64,000 bases of DNA, taken from positions 119,662,001-119,726,000 of the forward strand of contig NC_045697.1 of assembly GCF_009834535.1 (NCBI RefSeq). The letters run 5' to 3'. The notes beneath the pieces are model-generated. The model was not told the DNA's origin. It worked only from the letters and a program-made list of their open reading frames with translations, and ran no database searches. The translations under genes and the position numbers were made by a program. This stretch comes from Camelus ferus. Lineage: Eukaryota. The first letter of the stretch is position 1. Each line of letters starts with the position of its first letter. Positions 26,743-41,551 of the stretch are shown here, one piece after another.

Positions 26743-29656
26743 TCACAGATTTGTCCCTGTTAGGGAGAAGTCCGCTAATTACCTCCACATTGCATCTTGG
26801 GGCACTCGCTGCTTCTTGGCTTTTCAGCCAATCCCCCAGATTTCACTCGCAGCCCGGCCTTTGAAATCACTCAGGGCATTTAAGCTAAGGTTCTACAGGA
26901 ACCCATGTGCCTCAGAGAGTTGTAGGAACCTCCCCACAGTCAGGATAAAGGAACAATTCTTTGAGTGTCTGATAGAGATGGGTAAAGTAACTCCACGCAT
27001 ATTTCAGGTGGTACAGGCGTTCTTAGGTTGTGGAAATTCGTATAATTACCTCCACAGTCCATGGGGTGGCCCTTGCAGTTGCTTGGATTTCCAGCCCTAC
27101 CCCCAGCGTTTCCTCGCAGCCCGGCCTGGAAAAAAATCAGGGAATAAAAGCTACAGGATCTGTTAGAACAAAGTTGCTCCTGAAATTGTAGAAACCTCCC
27201 CACACTAAGGAAAAATAACACTACTTTGTGTGTGTGATGGAGTAGGAAAAAACACTAAAGGCATGTTTCTGGGGTGCAGGTGTTCCCAGGATGGGAGATG
27301 TTGGCTAATTATCTTCACTGCCCAAGGGGAAGCACTCTCTTCACTTCGATTTCCAGCCCTAATCTTAGCATTCCCTTGCAGTCCGACCGTGCTAACACCC
27401 AGGGATTATAAATCTTAGACATTCTGTCAGAACCAGGGCGCTGCTGTCTGTTGGAGGAACCTCCAAACACTCACGATTCCGGAAAAAGTCTTTCTTTGGG
27501 GGAGTGGTGAAGCCCCACTGCACACTCACTCCTCGGGCCACATGATTTCCCCTGTTAGGGAGAAGTCTGCTAATTAAATCCATAGCCCATCTAAGGGCAC
27601 TCACTGCTACTTGGCTTTCCATACCAACTCCCAGGTTTCCCTCACAGCCCGGCCTGTGTAAACACTCAGGGATAATATGCTATTTGTTGTATTGGAATCC
27701 AGTCGCTACCTACCGTTGTAGGAAAGATCCCACACCTAGGATAACAGAAGAAATCATTGTGGGTCTGAGGGAGATGGGTAAACAATCTCCACGCATGTTT
27801 CGTAGGACACAGGTGTTCCAAGGCGTTGGGACGTCAGAAAAATACCTCAAATTTTCATGGGGAGTAACTTGCTGCTTCTACGAATTTCAGCCCATACCAC
27901 AGCTTTACCTCGAAGCCAGGCCTGTGAAAACAATCACGGAAAAGAAAATACTGGTGCTATTATATCCCAGGTGCTGTTCAAATTTGTAGAAATCTCCCCA
28001 CAGTCAGGATAGCTGAGCACATCTTTGTGTGTAGTATGGTTTAGGAAATACACTCCAGGCATGTTTCTGGGGGTACACCTGTTCCCATGTTTGGAGGTGT
28101 CGACTAATTACCTCCACTGCCAATGTGGGGCACTCTCTACATCTTCGCTTTCCAGACCAACTCCAACATATCCCTTGCAGCCCGGCCTAAGGAAACACCT
28201 AGATATGACAATATTAGTGATTCTATCAGAACCCCGTCGCTGCTGTGGTTAGGAGGTTCCCAACACACTCAAAATTCCGGAACACGGCTTTGCTTGGTTG
28301 AGGTGTGGAGCCCCACACCACACAGATGCCTGGGGGCACAGGAATTCCCTGTTTATGAGAAGTCCGCTAATTAACTCTACAGTCAATCTCTAGGCACTTG
28401 TTGCTACTTGGCTTTCCAGCCTAACCCGCAGGTTTTCCTCGCTGCCCGCCCTGGAATACACTCAGAATAAATATGCTAGTGGTTCTAATTGAACACAGGC
28501 ACTGTATACCATTGTAGGAACCACCCCACACGCAGGATAACAGAACATATATTTGTGTCTGTTTGAGATGGTAAAACCTCCATGCATGTTTCAGGGGGTA
28601 CAGGTATTCCTAGGCTGTGGGAGGTCAGATAATTCCCACTACTGCCCATGGGGAGGAAATCGCTCCTGCTTGGCTTTCCAGCCCATCCCCAGTTTCCCTT
28701 GCAACCCAGCCTGAGAGAACACTCAGAAAATGTGGCGTAATTTTTAATTAGAACCCAGGCGATGCTGACAGTTATAGAAACCTCCCAATACACAGGGTAA
28801 CAGAACAATTCTTTGTGTGTTTTATGTAGTAGGAAAACACACTCCATGCATGTTTCTGGGGTGCAGGTTTAACCAGGTAGGGAGACGTTGGCTAATTAAC
28901 TCAAGAGTCCATGGGGAGGCACTCGGATTTTCTTCGTATTCCAGCCCTACTCCCAGCTTTCCCTTGAAGCCCTGGTTAGGAAAACACCCAGGGATGACAG
29001 ACTAAATGATTGTATAAGAACCCTGGGGCTGCTGTCTGTTGGATGGACCTCCAAACACACAGGATTCTCAAACACGGCTTTGCTTGTGTGAGTTATGAAG
29101 CCCCACACCACACACATGGCTTTGGGCACAAGTTTTTCCTGTTAGGGAGAAGTCCACTAATTCCCTCTACAGTCAATCTAGGGGCACAAAATGCTACTTG
29201 GATTTCCAGTCCAACCCCCAGGTTTCCCTTGCAGCCCGGCCTGGGGTAACACACAGGGAATAGAACTACAGGTGCTATAAGAACCCATGCGCTGCTGACA
29301 ATTGTGGAAACCTTCGAACACTCAGGATAACAGAACAAAACTTTCTGTGTGTGATGGAGTAGGAAAACACACGCCAGGCATTTTTTTGGGGATCCAGGTT
29401 TTCCTAGGTTCGGAGATGTCGGCTAGATTCTTTCGCTGCTCATGGGGAATCACTGACTTTTTCTTCGTTTTCAAGCCCAACTCCCAAATTTCCCATGTAG
29501 CCCGGACTAGTGAAACACCCAGGGATGAAAAATAAATGATTCTATCAGTACCCCGGCGTTGCTGTCTGTTGGAGGAACCTCCAAACCCTCAGGGTTCTGG
29601 AACAAGTCTTTGCATGTTGGGAGTTGTGGAGCCCCAATCCACGCAGAAGGATGGGG
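26743..29656. repeat. 11-monomer core HOR (A B E F G H I J K L M)
   Basis: Length 2914 bp; 11 anchors counted. Confidence 0.9.
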
Positions 29657-32600
29657 TCACAGATTTGTCCCTGTTAGGGAGAAGTCCGCTAATTACCTCC
29701 ACAGTGCATCTTGGGGCACTCGCTGCTTTTTGGCTTTTCAGCCAATCCCCCAGTATTCACTCGCAGCCCGGTCTTTGAAAACACTCAGGGCATTTAAGCT
29801 AATGTTCTACAGGAACTCATGTGCCTCAGAGAGTTGTAGGAACCTCCCCACAGTCAAGATAAAAGATCAATTCGTTGAGTGTCTGATAGAGATGGGTAAA
29901 CTAACTCCACGCATGTTTCAGGTGGTACAGGCGTTCTTAGGTTGTGGAAATTCGTATAATTACCTCCACTGTCCATGGGGAGGCCCTTGCAGTTGCTTGG
30001 ATTTCCAGCCCTACCCCCAGCGTTTCCTCGCAGCCCGGCCTGGGAAAAACTCAGGGAATAAAAGCTACAGGTTCTTTTAGAACAAAGTTGCTCCTGAAAG
30101 TTGTAGAAACCTCCCCACACTAAGGAAAAAGAACACTACTTTCTGTGTGTGATGGAGTAGGAAAAAACACTAAAGGCATGTTTCTGGGGTGCAGGTGTTC
30201 CCAGGATGGGAGATGTTGGCTAATTACCACCACTGCCCAAGGGGAAGCACTCTCTTCACTTCGATTTCCAGCCCTAATCCTAGCATTCCCTTGCAGTCCG
30301 ACCGTGGTAAACACCCAGGGATTATAAATCTAAGACATTCTGTCAGAACCAGGGCGCTGCTGTCTGTTGGAGGAACATCCAAACACTCACGATTCCGGAA
30401 AAAGTCTTTCTTTGGGGGAGTGGTGAAGCCCCACTGCACACTCAAACCTCGGTGCACATGACTTTCCCTGTTTGGGAGAAGTCTGCTAATTAAATCCATA
30501 GCCCATCTAAGGGCACTCACTGCTACTTGGCTTTCCATACCAACCCCCAGCTTTCCCTCACAGCCCGGCCTGGATAAACACTCAGGGATAATATGCTATT
30601 TGTTGTATTGGAATCCAGTCGCTACCTACCGTTGTAGGAAACATCCCACAATTAGGATAACAAAAGAAATCATTGTGGGTCTGAGGGAGATGGGTAAACA
30701 ATCTTCACACATGATTTGCGGGGCACAGGTGTTCCAAGGCGTTGGGACGTCGGAAAAATACCTCAAATATTCATGGGGAATAACTTGCTGCTTCTAAGAA
30801 TTTCAGCCCAACCCACAGATTTACCTCGCAGCCAGGCCTGTGAAAACAATAACGGAAAAGGAAATAGTGCTGCTTTATATCCCAGGCGCTGTACATAGTT
30901 GTAGAAACCTCCCCACACTCAGGATAGCGGAACACATCTTTGTGTATGATGGTTAAGAAAATACCCTCCAGGCATGTATCTTGGGGTACAGCTGTTCCCA
31001 TGTTTGAAGATGTTGCCTAATTATCTCCACTGCCAATGGAGTGTCAGTCTCTACTACTTCGCTTTTCAGATCAACTCCCAAATATCCCTTGCAGCCTGGC
31101 CTAAGAAAACACCTAGATATGACAATATAAGTGATTCTATCAGAACCCCGTCGCTGCTGTCGGTTGGAGGTACCCAACACACTCAAAATTCCGGAACACG
31201 GCTTTGATTGGGGGAGGTGTGGAGCCCCACACCACACAGATGCCTGGGGGCACAGGAATTCCCAGTTTATGAGAAGTCCGCTATTTACCTCTACAGTCAA
31301 TCTCTAGGCACTTGTTGCTACTTGGCTTTCCAGCCGAACCCCCAGCTTTCCCTCGCAGCACGCCCTGGAAGACACTCAGAGAATTAAGCTGGTGGTACTA
31401 AAGGAACACAGGCACTGTAGACCGTTGTAGGAACCACCGCAAATGCAGGATAACAGAACATATTTTTATGTCTGATTGAGAATGTAAAACCTCCATGCAT
31501 GTTTCAGGGGGTACAGGTATTCCTAGGCTGTGGGAGTTCAGATAATTCCCACTACGGCCCATGGGGAGGAAATCGCTCCTGCTTGGCTTTCCAGCCCATC
31601 ACCAGTTTCCCTTGCAACCCAGCCTGAGAGAACTCTCAGAAAATGTAGCTTAATTTTTAATTAGAACCCAGGCGCTGCTGACAGTTGTAGAAACCTCCCA
31701 ATACACAGGGTAACAAAACACTTCTTTGTGTGTGTTATATAGTAGGAAAACACACTCCATGCATGTTTCTGGGGTGCAGGTTTAACCAGGTTGGGAGACG
31801 TTGGCTAATTATCTCTAGAGTCCATGGGGAGGCACTCAGTTTTTCTTCGTTTTCCATACCTACTCCCAGCTTTCCCTTGCAGCCTGGGTAAGGAAAACAC
31901 CCAGGGATTACAGACTAAGTGATTCTATCAGAACCCTGGCGCTGCTGTCTGTTGGAGGGGCTTCCAAACACACAGGATTCCCAAATACGGCTTTGCTTGG
32001 GTGAGTTGTGAAGCCCCACACCACACACATGGTTGGGGGCACAAGATTTTCCCTGTTATTGAGACTTACGCTAATTACCTCTACATTCAATTTCTAAGCA
32101 CTTGTTTCTACTTGGCTTTCCAGCCTAACCCCCAGATTTTCGTCGCAGCCCGCCCTGGAAAACACTCAGAAGAAATATGCTAGTGGTTCTAATTGAACAC
32201 AGGCACTGCAGACCATTGTAGGAACCACCGCACACGCAGGATAACAGAACATATTTTTGTGTCTCATTGAGATGGTAAAACCTCCACGCATGTTACAGGG
32301 GGTACAGGTATTCCTAGGTTGTGGGAGGTCAGATAATTCCCACTACTGCCCATGGGGAGAAAATCGCTCCTGCTTGGCTTTCCAGCCCATCCCCAGTTTC
32401 CCTTGCAACCCAGACTGAGAGAACACTCAGAAACTGTAGCGTAATTTTTAATTAGAACCCAGGCGCTGCTGACAGTTGTAGAAACCTCCCAATACACAGG
32501 GTAACAGAACACTTCTTTGTGTGTGTTATGTAGTAGGAAAACACACTCCATGCATGTTTCTGGGGTGCAGGTTTAACCAGGTTGTGAGACGTTGGCTTAT

Positions 32601-34151
32601 TATCTCAAGAGTCCTTGGGGAAGCACTCTGTTTTTCTTCGTTTTCCAGGCCTACTCCCAGTTTACCCTTGCAGCCTGGGTAAGGAAAACACCCAGGGATG
32701 ACAGACTAAGTGATTCTATCAGAACCCTGACACTGCTGTCTGTTGGAGGGACTTCCAAACACACAGGATTCCCAAAAACGGCTTTGCTTTGGTTAGTTAT
32801 GAATCCCCACACCACACACATGGCTGGGGGCACAAGTTTTTCCCCGTTATTGAGACGTCCGCTAATTACCACTACAGTCAATCTCTAGGCAATTGTTTCT
32901 ACTTGGCTTTCCAGCCTAACCCCCAGCTTTCCATCGCAGCCCGCCCTGGAAAACACTCAGAAGAAATATGCTAGTGGTTCTAATTGAACACAGGCACTGC
33001 AGACCATTGTAGGAACCACCGCAACCGCAGGATAACACAACATATTTTTGTGTCTGTTTGAGATGGTAAAACCTCCACGCATGTTACAGGGGGTACAGGT
33101 ATTCCTATGTTATGGGAGGTCAGATAATTCCCACTACTGCCCATGGGGAGAAAATCGCTCCTGCTTGGCTTTCCAGCCCATTCCCAGTTTCCCTTGCAAC
33201 CCAGCCTGAGAGAACACTCAGAAAATGTAGCTAAAATTTTAATTAGAACCCAAGCGCTGCTGACAGTTGTAGAAACCTCCCAATACACAGGGTAACAGAA
33301 CATTTCTTTGTGTGTGTTATGTAGTAGGAAAACCCACTCCATGAATGTATTTGGGGTGCCGGTTCAACCAGGTTGGGAGACGTTGGCTAATTATCTCCAG
33401 GGTCCATGGGAGGCACTCGGTTTTTCTTCGTTTTCCAGCCTTACTCCCAGCTTTCCCTTGAAGCCCGGGTTAGGAAAACACCCAGGGATGACAGACTAAG
33501 TGATTGTATAAGAACCCTGGCGCTGCTGTCTGTTGGAGGGTCCTCCAAACACACAGGATTCCCAAACACGGCTTTGCTTGTCTGAGTTGTGAAGCCCCAC
33601 ACCACATACATGGCTTTGGGCACAAGTTTTTCCCTGTTAGGGAGAAGTCCACTAATTCCCTCTACAGTCAATCTAGGGGCACTCAATGCTACTTGGATTT
33701 CCACCCCAACCTCCAGGTTTCCCTTGCAGCCCGGCCTGGGGTAACACACAGGTTAAAGAACTACTGGTGCTATAAGAACCCATGCGCTGCTGACAATTGT
33801 GGAAACCTTCGAACACTCAGGATAACAGAACAAATCTTTCTGTGTGTGATGGATTAGGAAAACTCACGCCAGGCATTTTTTTGGGTATCCAGGTTTTCCC
33901 AGGTTGGGAGATGTCGGCTAGATTCCTTCGCTGCTCATGGGGAATCACTGACTTCTTCTTCGTTTTCAAGCCCAAATCCCAACTTTCCCTTGTAGCCCGG
34001 ACTAGTGAAAAACCCAGGGATGAAAAATAAATGATTCTATCAGTACCCCGGTGTTGCTGTCTGTTGGAGGATCCTCCAAACCCTCAGGATTCTGGAACAA
34101 GTCTTTGCATGTTGGGAGTTGTGGAGCCCCATTCCACGCAGAAGGATGGGG
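29657..34151. repeat. 17-monomer HOR variant (core plus two extra I-J-K)
   Basis: Length 4495 bp; I at ~31279, 32069, 32860. Confidence 0.9.
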
Positions 34152-37100
34152 TCACAGATTAGTCCCTGTTAGGGAGAAGTCCGCTAATTACCTCCACAGT
34201 GCATCTTGGGGCACTCGCTGCTTCTTGGCTTTTCAGTCAATCCCCCACATTTCACTCGCAGCCCGGCCTTTGAAATCACTCAGGGCATTTAAGCTAAGGT
34301 TCTACAGGAACCCATGTGCCTCAGAGAGTTGTAGGAACCTCTCCACAGTCAGGATAAAAGAACAATTCGTTGAGTGTCTGATAGAGATGTGTAAACTAAC
34401 TCCACGCATGTTTCAGGTGGTACAGGCGTTCTTAGCTTGTGGAAATTCGTATAATTACCTCCACAGTCCATGGGGAGGCCCTTGCAGTTGCTTGGATTTC
34501 CAGCCCTACCCCCAGCGTTTCCTCGCAGCCCGGCCTGGGAAAAACTGAGGGAATAAAAGCTACAGGTTCTGTTAAAAAAAGTTACTCCTGAAAGTTGTAG
34601 AAACCTCCCCACACTAAGGAAAAGAACACTAATTTGTGTGTGTGATGGAGTAGGAAAAAACACTAAAGGCATGTTTCTGGGGTGCAGGTGTTCCCAGGAT
34701 GGGAGATGTTGGCTAATTCCCTCCACTGCCCATGGGGAGCACTCTCTTCCCTTCGATTTCCAGCCCTAATCCTAGCATTCCCTTGCAGTCCGACCGTGGT
34801 AACACCCAGGGATTATAAATCTAAGACATTCTGTCAGAACCAGGGCGCTGCTGTCTGTTGGAGGAACCTCCAAACACTCACGATTCCGGAAAAAGTCTTT
34901 CTTGGGGGGAGTGGTGAAGCCACACTGCACAATCACTCCTCGGGGCACATGATTTCCCCTGTTAGGGAGAAGTCTGCTAATTAAATCCATAGCCCATCTA
35001 AGGGCACTCACTGCTACTTGGATTTCCATACCAACCCCCAGTTTTCCCTCACAGCCCGGCCTGGGTAAACACTCAGAAATAATATGCTATTTGTTGTATT
35101 GGAAACCAGTCGCTACCTACACTTGTAGGAAACACCCCACACCTAGGATAACAGAAGAAATCATTGTGGGTCTGAGGGAGATGGGTAAACAATCTCCACG
35201 CATGTTTTGCGGGGCACAGGTGTTCCAAGGCGTTCGGACGTCGGAAAAATACCTCAAATATTCATGGGGAGTAACTTGCTGCTTCTAAGAATTTCAGCCC
35301 AACCCACAGATTTTCCTCGCAGCCAGGCCTGTGAAAACAATAACGGAAAAGGAAATAGTGCTGCTTTTTATCCCAGGCTCTGTTCATAGTTGTAGAAACC
35401 TCCCCACACTCAGGATAGCGGAACACTTCTTTGTGTATGATGGTTAAGAAAATACCCTCCAGGCATGATTCTGGGGGTACAGCTGTTCCCATGTTTGAAG
35501 ATGTTGCCTAATTACCTCCACTGCCAATGGAGTGTCACTCTCTACTACTTCGCTTTCCAGACCAACTCCCAAATATCCCTTGCAGCCTGGCCTAAGAAAA
35601 CACCTAGATATGACAATATTATTGATTATATCAGAACCCCGTCGCTGCTGTCGTTTGGAGGTACCCAACATACTCAAAATTCCGGAACACGGCTTTGATT
35701 GGGGGAGGTGTGGAGCCCCAAACCACACAGAAGCCTGGGGGCACAGGAATTCCCAGTTTATGAGAAGTCCGCTATTTACCTCTACAGTCAATCTCTAGGC
35801 ACTTGTTGCTACTTGGCTTTTTAGCCGAACCCCCAGCTTTCCCTCGCAGCACGCCCTGGAAGACACTCAGTGAAATAAGCTGGTGGTACTAATGGAACAC
35901 AGGCACTGAAGACCGTTGTAGGAACCACCGCACACGCAGGATAACAGAACATATATTTATGTCTGATTGAGATGGTAAAACCTCCATGCATGTTTCAGGG
36001 GGTACAGGTATTCCTAGGCTGTGGGAGTTCAGATAATTCCCACTACGGCCCATGGGGAGGAAATCGCTCCTGCTTGGCTTTCCAGCCCATCACCAGTTTC
36101 CCTTGCAACCCAGCCTGAGAGAACACTCAGAAACTGTAGCGTAATTTTTAATTAGAACCCAGGCGCTGCTGACAGTTGTAGAAACCTCCCAATACAGAGG
36201 GTAACAGAACACTTCTTTGTGTGTGTTATGTAGTAGGAAAACACACTCCATGCATGTTTCTGGGGTGCAGGTTTAACCAGGTTGGGAGACGTTGGCTAAT
36301 TATCTCAAGAGTCCATGGGAAGGCACTCAGTTTTTCTTCGTTTTCCAGGCCTACTCCCAGTTTTCCCTTGCAGCCTGGGTAAGGAAAACACCCAGGGATG
36401 ACAGACTAAGTGATTCTATCAGAACCCTGGCGCTGCTGTCTGTTGGAGGGACTTCCAAACACACAGGATTCCCAAAAACTGCTTTGCTTTTGTGAGTTGT
36501 GAATCCCCACACCACACACATGGATGGGGGCACAAGTTTTTCCCTGTTATTGGGACGTCCGCTAATTACATCTACAGTCAATCTATAGGCAATTGTTTCT
36601 ACTTGGCTTTCCAGCCTAACCCCCAGCTTTCCGTCGCAGCCCGCCCTGGAAAACACTCAGAAGAATTATGCTAGTGGTTCTAATTGAACACAGGCACTGC
36701 AGACCATTGTAGGAACCACCGCACACGCAGGATAACAGAACATATTTTTCTGTCTGTTTGAGAAGGTAAAACCTCCACGCATGTTTCAGGGGGTACAGGT
36801 ATTCCTAGGTTGTGGGAGGTCATATAATTCCCACTACTGCCCATGGGGAGAAAATCGCTCCTGCTTGGCTTTCCAGCCCATCCCCAGTTTCCCTTGCAAC
36901 CCAGCCTGAGAGAACACTCAGAAAATATAGCGTAATTTTTAATTAGAACCCAGGCGCTGCTGACAGTTGTAGAAACCTCCCAATACACAGGGTAACAGAA
37001 CACTTCTTTGTGTGTGTTATGTAGTAGGAAAACACACTCCATGCATGTTTCTGGGGTGCAGGTTTAACCAGGTTGGGAGACGTTGGCTAATTATCTCCAG

Positions 37101-38643
37101 AGTCCATGGGGAGGCACTCTGTTTTTCTTCGTTTTCCAGGCCTACTCCCAGTTTTCCCTTGCAGTCTGGGTAAGGAAAACACCCAGGGATAACAGTCTAA
37201 GTGATTCTATCAAAACCCTGGCGCTGTTGTCTGTTGGAGGGACATCCAAACACACAGGATTCCCAAACACGGCTTTGCTTGTGTGAGTTGTGAAGCCCCA
37301 CACCACACACATGGCTGGGGGCACAAGTATTTCCCTATTATTGAGACGTCCGCTAATTACCTCTACAGTCAATCTCTAGGCTCTTGTTTCTACTTGGCTT
37401 TCCAGCCTAACCCCCAGGTTTCCGTCGCAGCCCGCCCTGGAAAACACTCAGAAGAAATATGCTAGTGTTTCTAATTGAACACAGGCACTGCAGACCATTG
37501 TAGGAACCACCGCATACGCAGTATAACAGAACATATTTTTGCGTCTCATTGAGATGGTTAAACCTCCACGCATGTTTCAGGTGGTACAGGTATTCCTAGG
37601 TTGTGTGAGGTCACATAATTCCCACTACTGCCCATGGGGAGAAAATCGCTCCTGCTTGGCATTCCAGCCCATCCCCAGTTTCCCTTGCAACCCAGCCTGA
37701 GAGAACACTCAGAAAATTTAGCTAAAATTTTAATTATAACCCAGGCGCTGCTGACAGTTGTAGAAACCTCCCAATACACAGGGTAACAGAACACTTCTTT
37801 GTATGTGTTATGTAGTAGGAAAACACAATCCATGCATGTTTCTGGGGTGCAGGTTTAACCAGGTTGGGAGACGTTGGCTAATTATCTCCAGAGTCCATGG
37901 GAGGCACTCTGTTTTTCTTCGTTTTCCAGCCCTACTCCCTGCTTTCCCTTGCAGCCCGGGTTAGGAAAACACCCAGGGATGACAGACTAAGTGATTCTAT
38001 AAGAACCCTGGCGCTGCTGTTTGTTGGAGAGACCTCCAAACACACAGGATTCCCAAACACGGCTTTGCTTGTGTGAGTTTTGAAGCCCCACATCACACAC
38101 ATTGCTTTGGGCACAAGTTTTTCCCTGTTAGGGAGAAGTCCACTAATTCCCTCTACAGTCCATCTCGTGGCACTCCCTGCTACTTGGAATTCCAGCCCAA
38201 CCCCCAGGTTTCCCTTGCAGCCCGGCCTGGGGTAACACACAGGGAAAAGAACTACTGGTGCTATAAGAACCCATGCGCTGCTGACAATTGTGGAAACCTT
38301 CGAACACTCAGGATAACAGAACAAATCTTTCTGTGTGTGATGGAGTAGGAAAACACACGCCAGGCATTTTTTTTGGGGATCCAGGTTTTCCCAGGTTGGG
38401 AGATGTCGGCTAGATTCCTTCGCTGCTCATGGGGAATCACTGACTTCTTCTTCGTTTTCAAGCCCAACTCCCAAATTTCCCTTGTAGCCCGGACTAGTGA
38501 AACACCCAGGGATGAAAAATAAATGATTCTATCAGTACCCCGGCGTTGCTGTCTGTTGGAGGGTCCTCCAAACCCTCAGGATTCTGGAACAAGTCTTTGC
38601 ATGTTGGGAGTTGTGGAGCCCAAATCCACGCAGAAGGATGGGG
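34152..38643. repeat. 17-monomer HOR variant (core plus two extra I-J-K)
   Basis: Length 4492 bp; I at ~35770, 36560, 37351. Confidence 0.9.
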
Positions 38644-41551
38644 TCACAGATTTGTACCTGTTAGGGAGAAGTCCGCTAATTACCTCCACAGTGCATCTTG
38701 GGGCACTCGCTGCTTCTTGGCTTTTCAGCCAATCCCCCAGATTTCACTCGCAGCCCGGCCTTTGAAATCACTCAGGGCATTTAAGCTAAGGTTCTACAGG
38801 AACCCATGTGCCTCAGAGAGTTGTAGGAACCTCCCCACAGTCAGGATAAAGGAACAATTCGTTGAGTGTCTGATAGAGATGTGTAAACTAACTCCACGCA
38901 TGTTTCACGTGGTACAGGCGTTCTTAGGTTGTGGAAATTCGTATAATTACCTCCACAGTCCATGGGGAGGCCCTTGCAGTTGCTTGGATTTCCAGCCCTA
39001 CCCCCAGCGTTTCCTCGCAGCCCGGCCTGGAAAAAAATCAGGGAATAAAAGCTATAGGTTATGTTAGAACAAAGTTGCTCCTGAAATTTGTAGAAACCTC
39101 CTCACACTAAGGAAAAAGAACACTACTTTGTGTGTGTGATGGAGTAGGAAAAAACACTAAAGGCATGTTTCTGGGGTGCAGGTGTTCCCAGGATGGGAGA
39201 TGTTGGCTAATTACCTCCACTGCCCATGTGGAAGCACTCTCTTCACTTCGATTTCCAGCCCTAATCCAAGCATTCACTTGCAGTCCGACCGTGCTAACAC
39301 CCAGGGATTATAAATCTAAGACATTCTGTCAGAACCAGGGCGCTGCTGTCTGTTGGAGGAACCTCCAAACACTCACGATTCCGGAAAAAGTCTTTCTTGA
39401 GGGGAGTGGTGAAGCCCCACTGCACACTCACTCCTCGGGCCACATGATTTCCCCTGTTAGGGAGAAGTCTGCTAATTAAATCCATAGCCCATCTAAGGGC
39501 ACTCACTGCTACTTGGCTTTCCATACCAACTCCCAGGTTTCCCTCACAGCCCGGCCTGGGTAAACACTCAGAAATATTATGCTATTTGTTGTATTGGAAT
39601 CCAGTCTCTACCTACCGTTGTAGGAAAGATCCCACACCTAGGATAACAGAAGAAATCATTGTGGGTCTGAGGGAGATGGATAAACAATCTCCACGCATGT
39701 TTCGTAGAACACAGGTGTTCCAAGGCGTTGGGATGTCGGAAAAATACCTCAAATTTTCATGGGGAGTAACTTGCTGCTTCTACGAATTTCAGCCCATACC
39801 ACAGCTTTACCTCGCAGCCAGGCCTGTGAAAACAATCACGGAAAAGAAAATACTGGTGCTATTATATCCCAGGTGCTGTTCAAATTTGTAGAAATCTCCC
39901 CACAGTCAGGATAGCGGAGCACATCTTTGTGTGTATTATGGTTTAGGAAATACACTCCAGGCATGTTTCTGGGGGTACACCTGTTCCCAGGTTTGGAGGT
40001 GTCGACTAATTACCTCCACTGCCAAAGTGGGGCACTCTCTACATCTTCGCTTTCCAGACCAACTCCAACATATCCCTTGCAGCCCGGCCCTAAGGAAACA
40101 CCTAGATATGACAATATTAGTGATTCTATCAGAACCCCGTCGCTGCTGTGGTTAGGAGGTTCCCAACACACTCAAAATTCCGGAACACGGCTTTGCTTGG
40201 TTGAGGTGTGGATCCCCACACCACACAGATGCCTGGGGGCACAGGAATTCCCTGTTTATGAGAAGTCCGCTAATTAACTCTACAGTCAATCTCTAGGCAC
40301 TTGTTGCTACTTGGCTTTCCAGCCTAACCCGCAGGTTTTCCTCGCTGCCCGCCCTGGAATACACTCAGAATAAATATGCTAGTGGTTCTAATTGAACACA
40401 GGCACTGTAGACCATTGTAGGAACCACACCACACGCAGGATAACAGAACATATTTTTGTGTCTGATTGAGATGGTAAAACCTCCACGCATGTTTCAGGGG
40501 GTACAGGTATTCCTAGGCTGTGGGAGGTCAGATAATTCCCACTACTGCCCATGGGGAGGAAATCGCTCCTGCTTGGCTTTCCAGCCCATCCCCAGTTTCC
40601 CTTGCAACCCAGCCTGAGAGAACACTCAGAAAATGTAGCGTAATTTTTAATTAGAACCCAGGCGCTGCTGACAGTTGTAGAAACCTCCCAATACACAGGG
40701 TAACAGAACACTTCTTTGTGTGTGTTATGTAGTAGGAAAACACACTCCATGCATGTTTCTGGGGTGCAGGTTTAACCAGGTTGGGAGACTTTGGCTAATT
40801 AACTCAAGAGTCCATGGGGAGGCACTCGGTTTTTCTTCGTTTTCCAGCCCAACTCCCAGCTTTCCCATAAAGCCCGGGTTAGGAAAACACCCAGGGATGA
40901 CAGACTAAATGATTGTAAAAGATCCCTGGCGCTGCTGTCTGTTGGAGGGACCTCCAAATACACAGGATTCTCAAACACGGCTTTGCTTGTGTGAGTTTTG
41001 AAGCCCCACACCACACACATGGCTTTGGGCACAAGTTTTTCCTGTTAGGGAGAAGTCCACTAATTCCCTCTACAGTCAATCTAGGGGCACAAAATGCTAC
41101 TTGGATTTCCAGCCCAACCCCCAGGTTTCCCTTGCAGCCCGGCCTGGGGTATCACACAGGGAATAGGACTACTGTTGCTATAAGAACCCATGCGCTGCTG
41201 ACAATTTTGGAAACCTTCGAACACTCAGGATAACAGAACAAATCTTTCTGTTGTGTGATGGAGTAGGAAAGACACACGCCAGGCATTTTTTGGGGATCCA
41301 GGTTTTCCAGGTTGGGAGATGTCGGTTAGATTCTTTCGCTGCTCATGGGAATCACTGACTTTTTCTTCGTTTTCAGCCCAACTCCCAACTTTCCCTTGTA
41401 GCCGGACTAGTGAAACACCAGGGGTGAAAAATAATGATTTATCAGTACCCCGGCGTTGCTGTATGTTGGAGGGTCTCCAAGCCTCAGGATTCTGGAACAA
41501 TTCTTTATCATGTTGGGAGTTGTGGAGCCCCAATCACGCAGAAGGATGGGG
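38644..41551. repeat. 11-monomer core HOR
   Basis: Length 2908 bp; shares private variants with 26743-29656. Confidence 0.9.
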
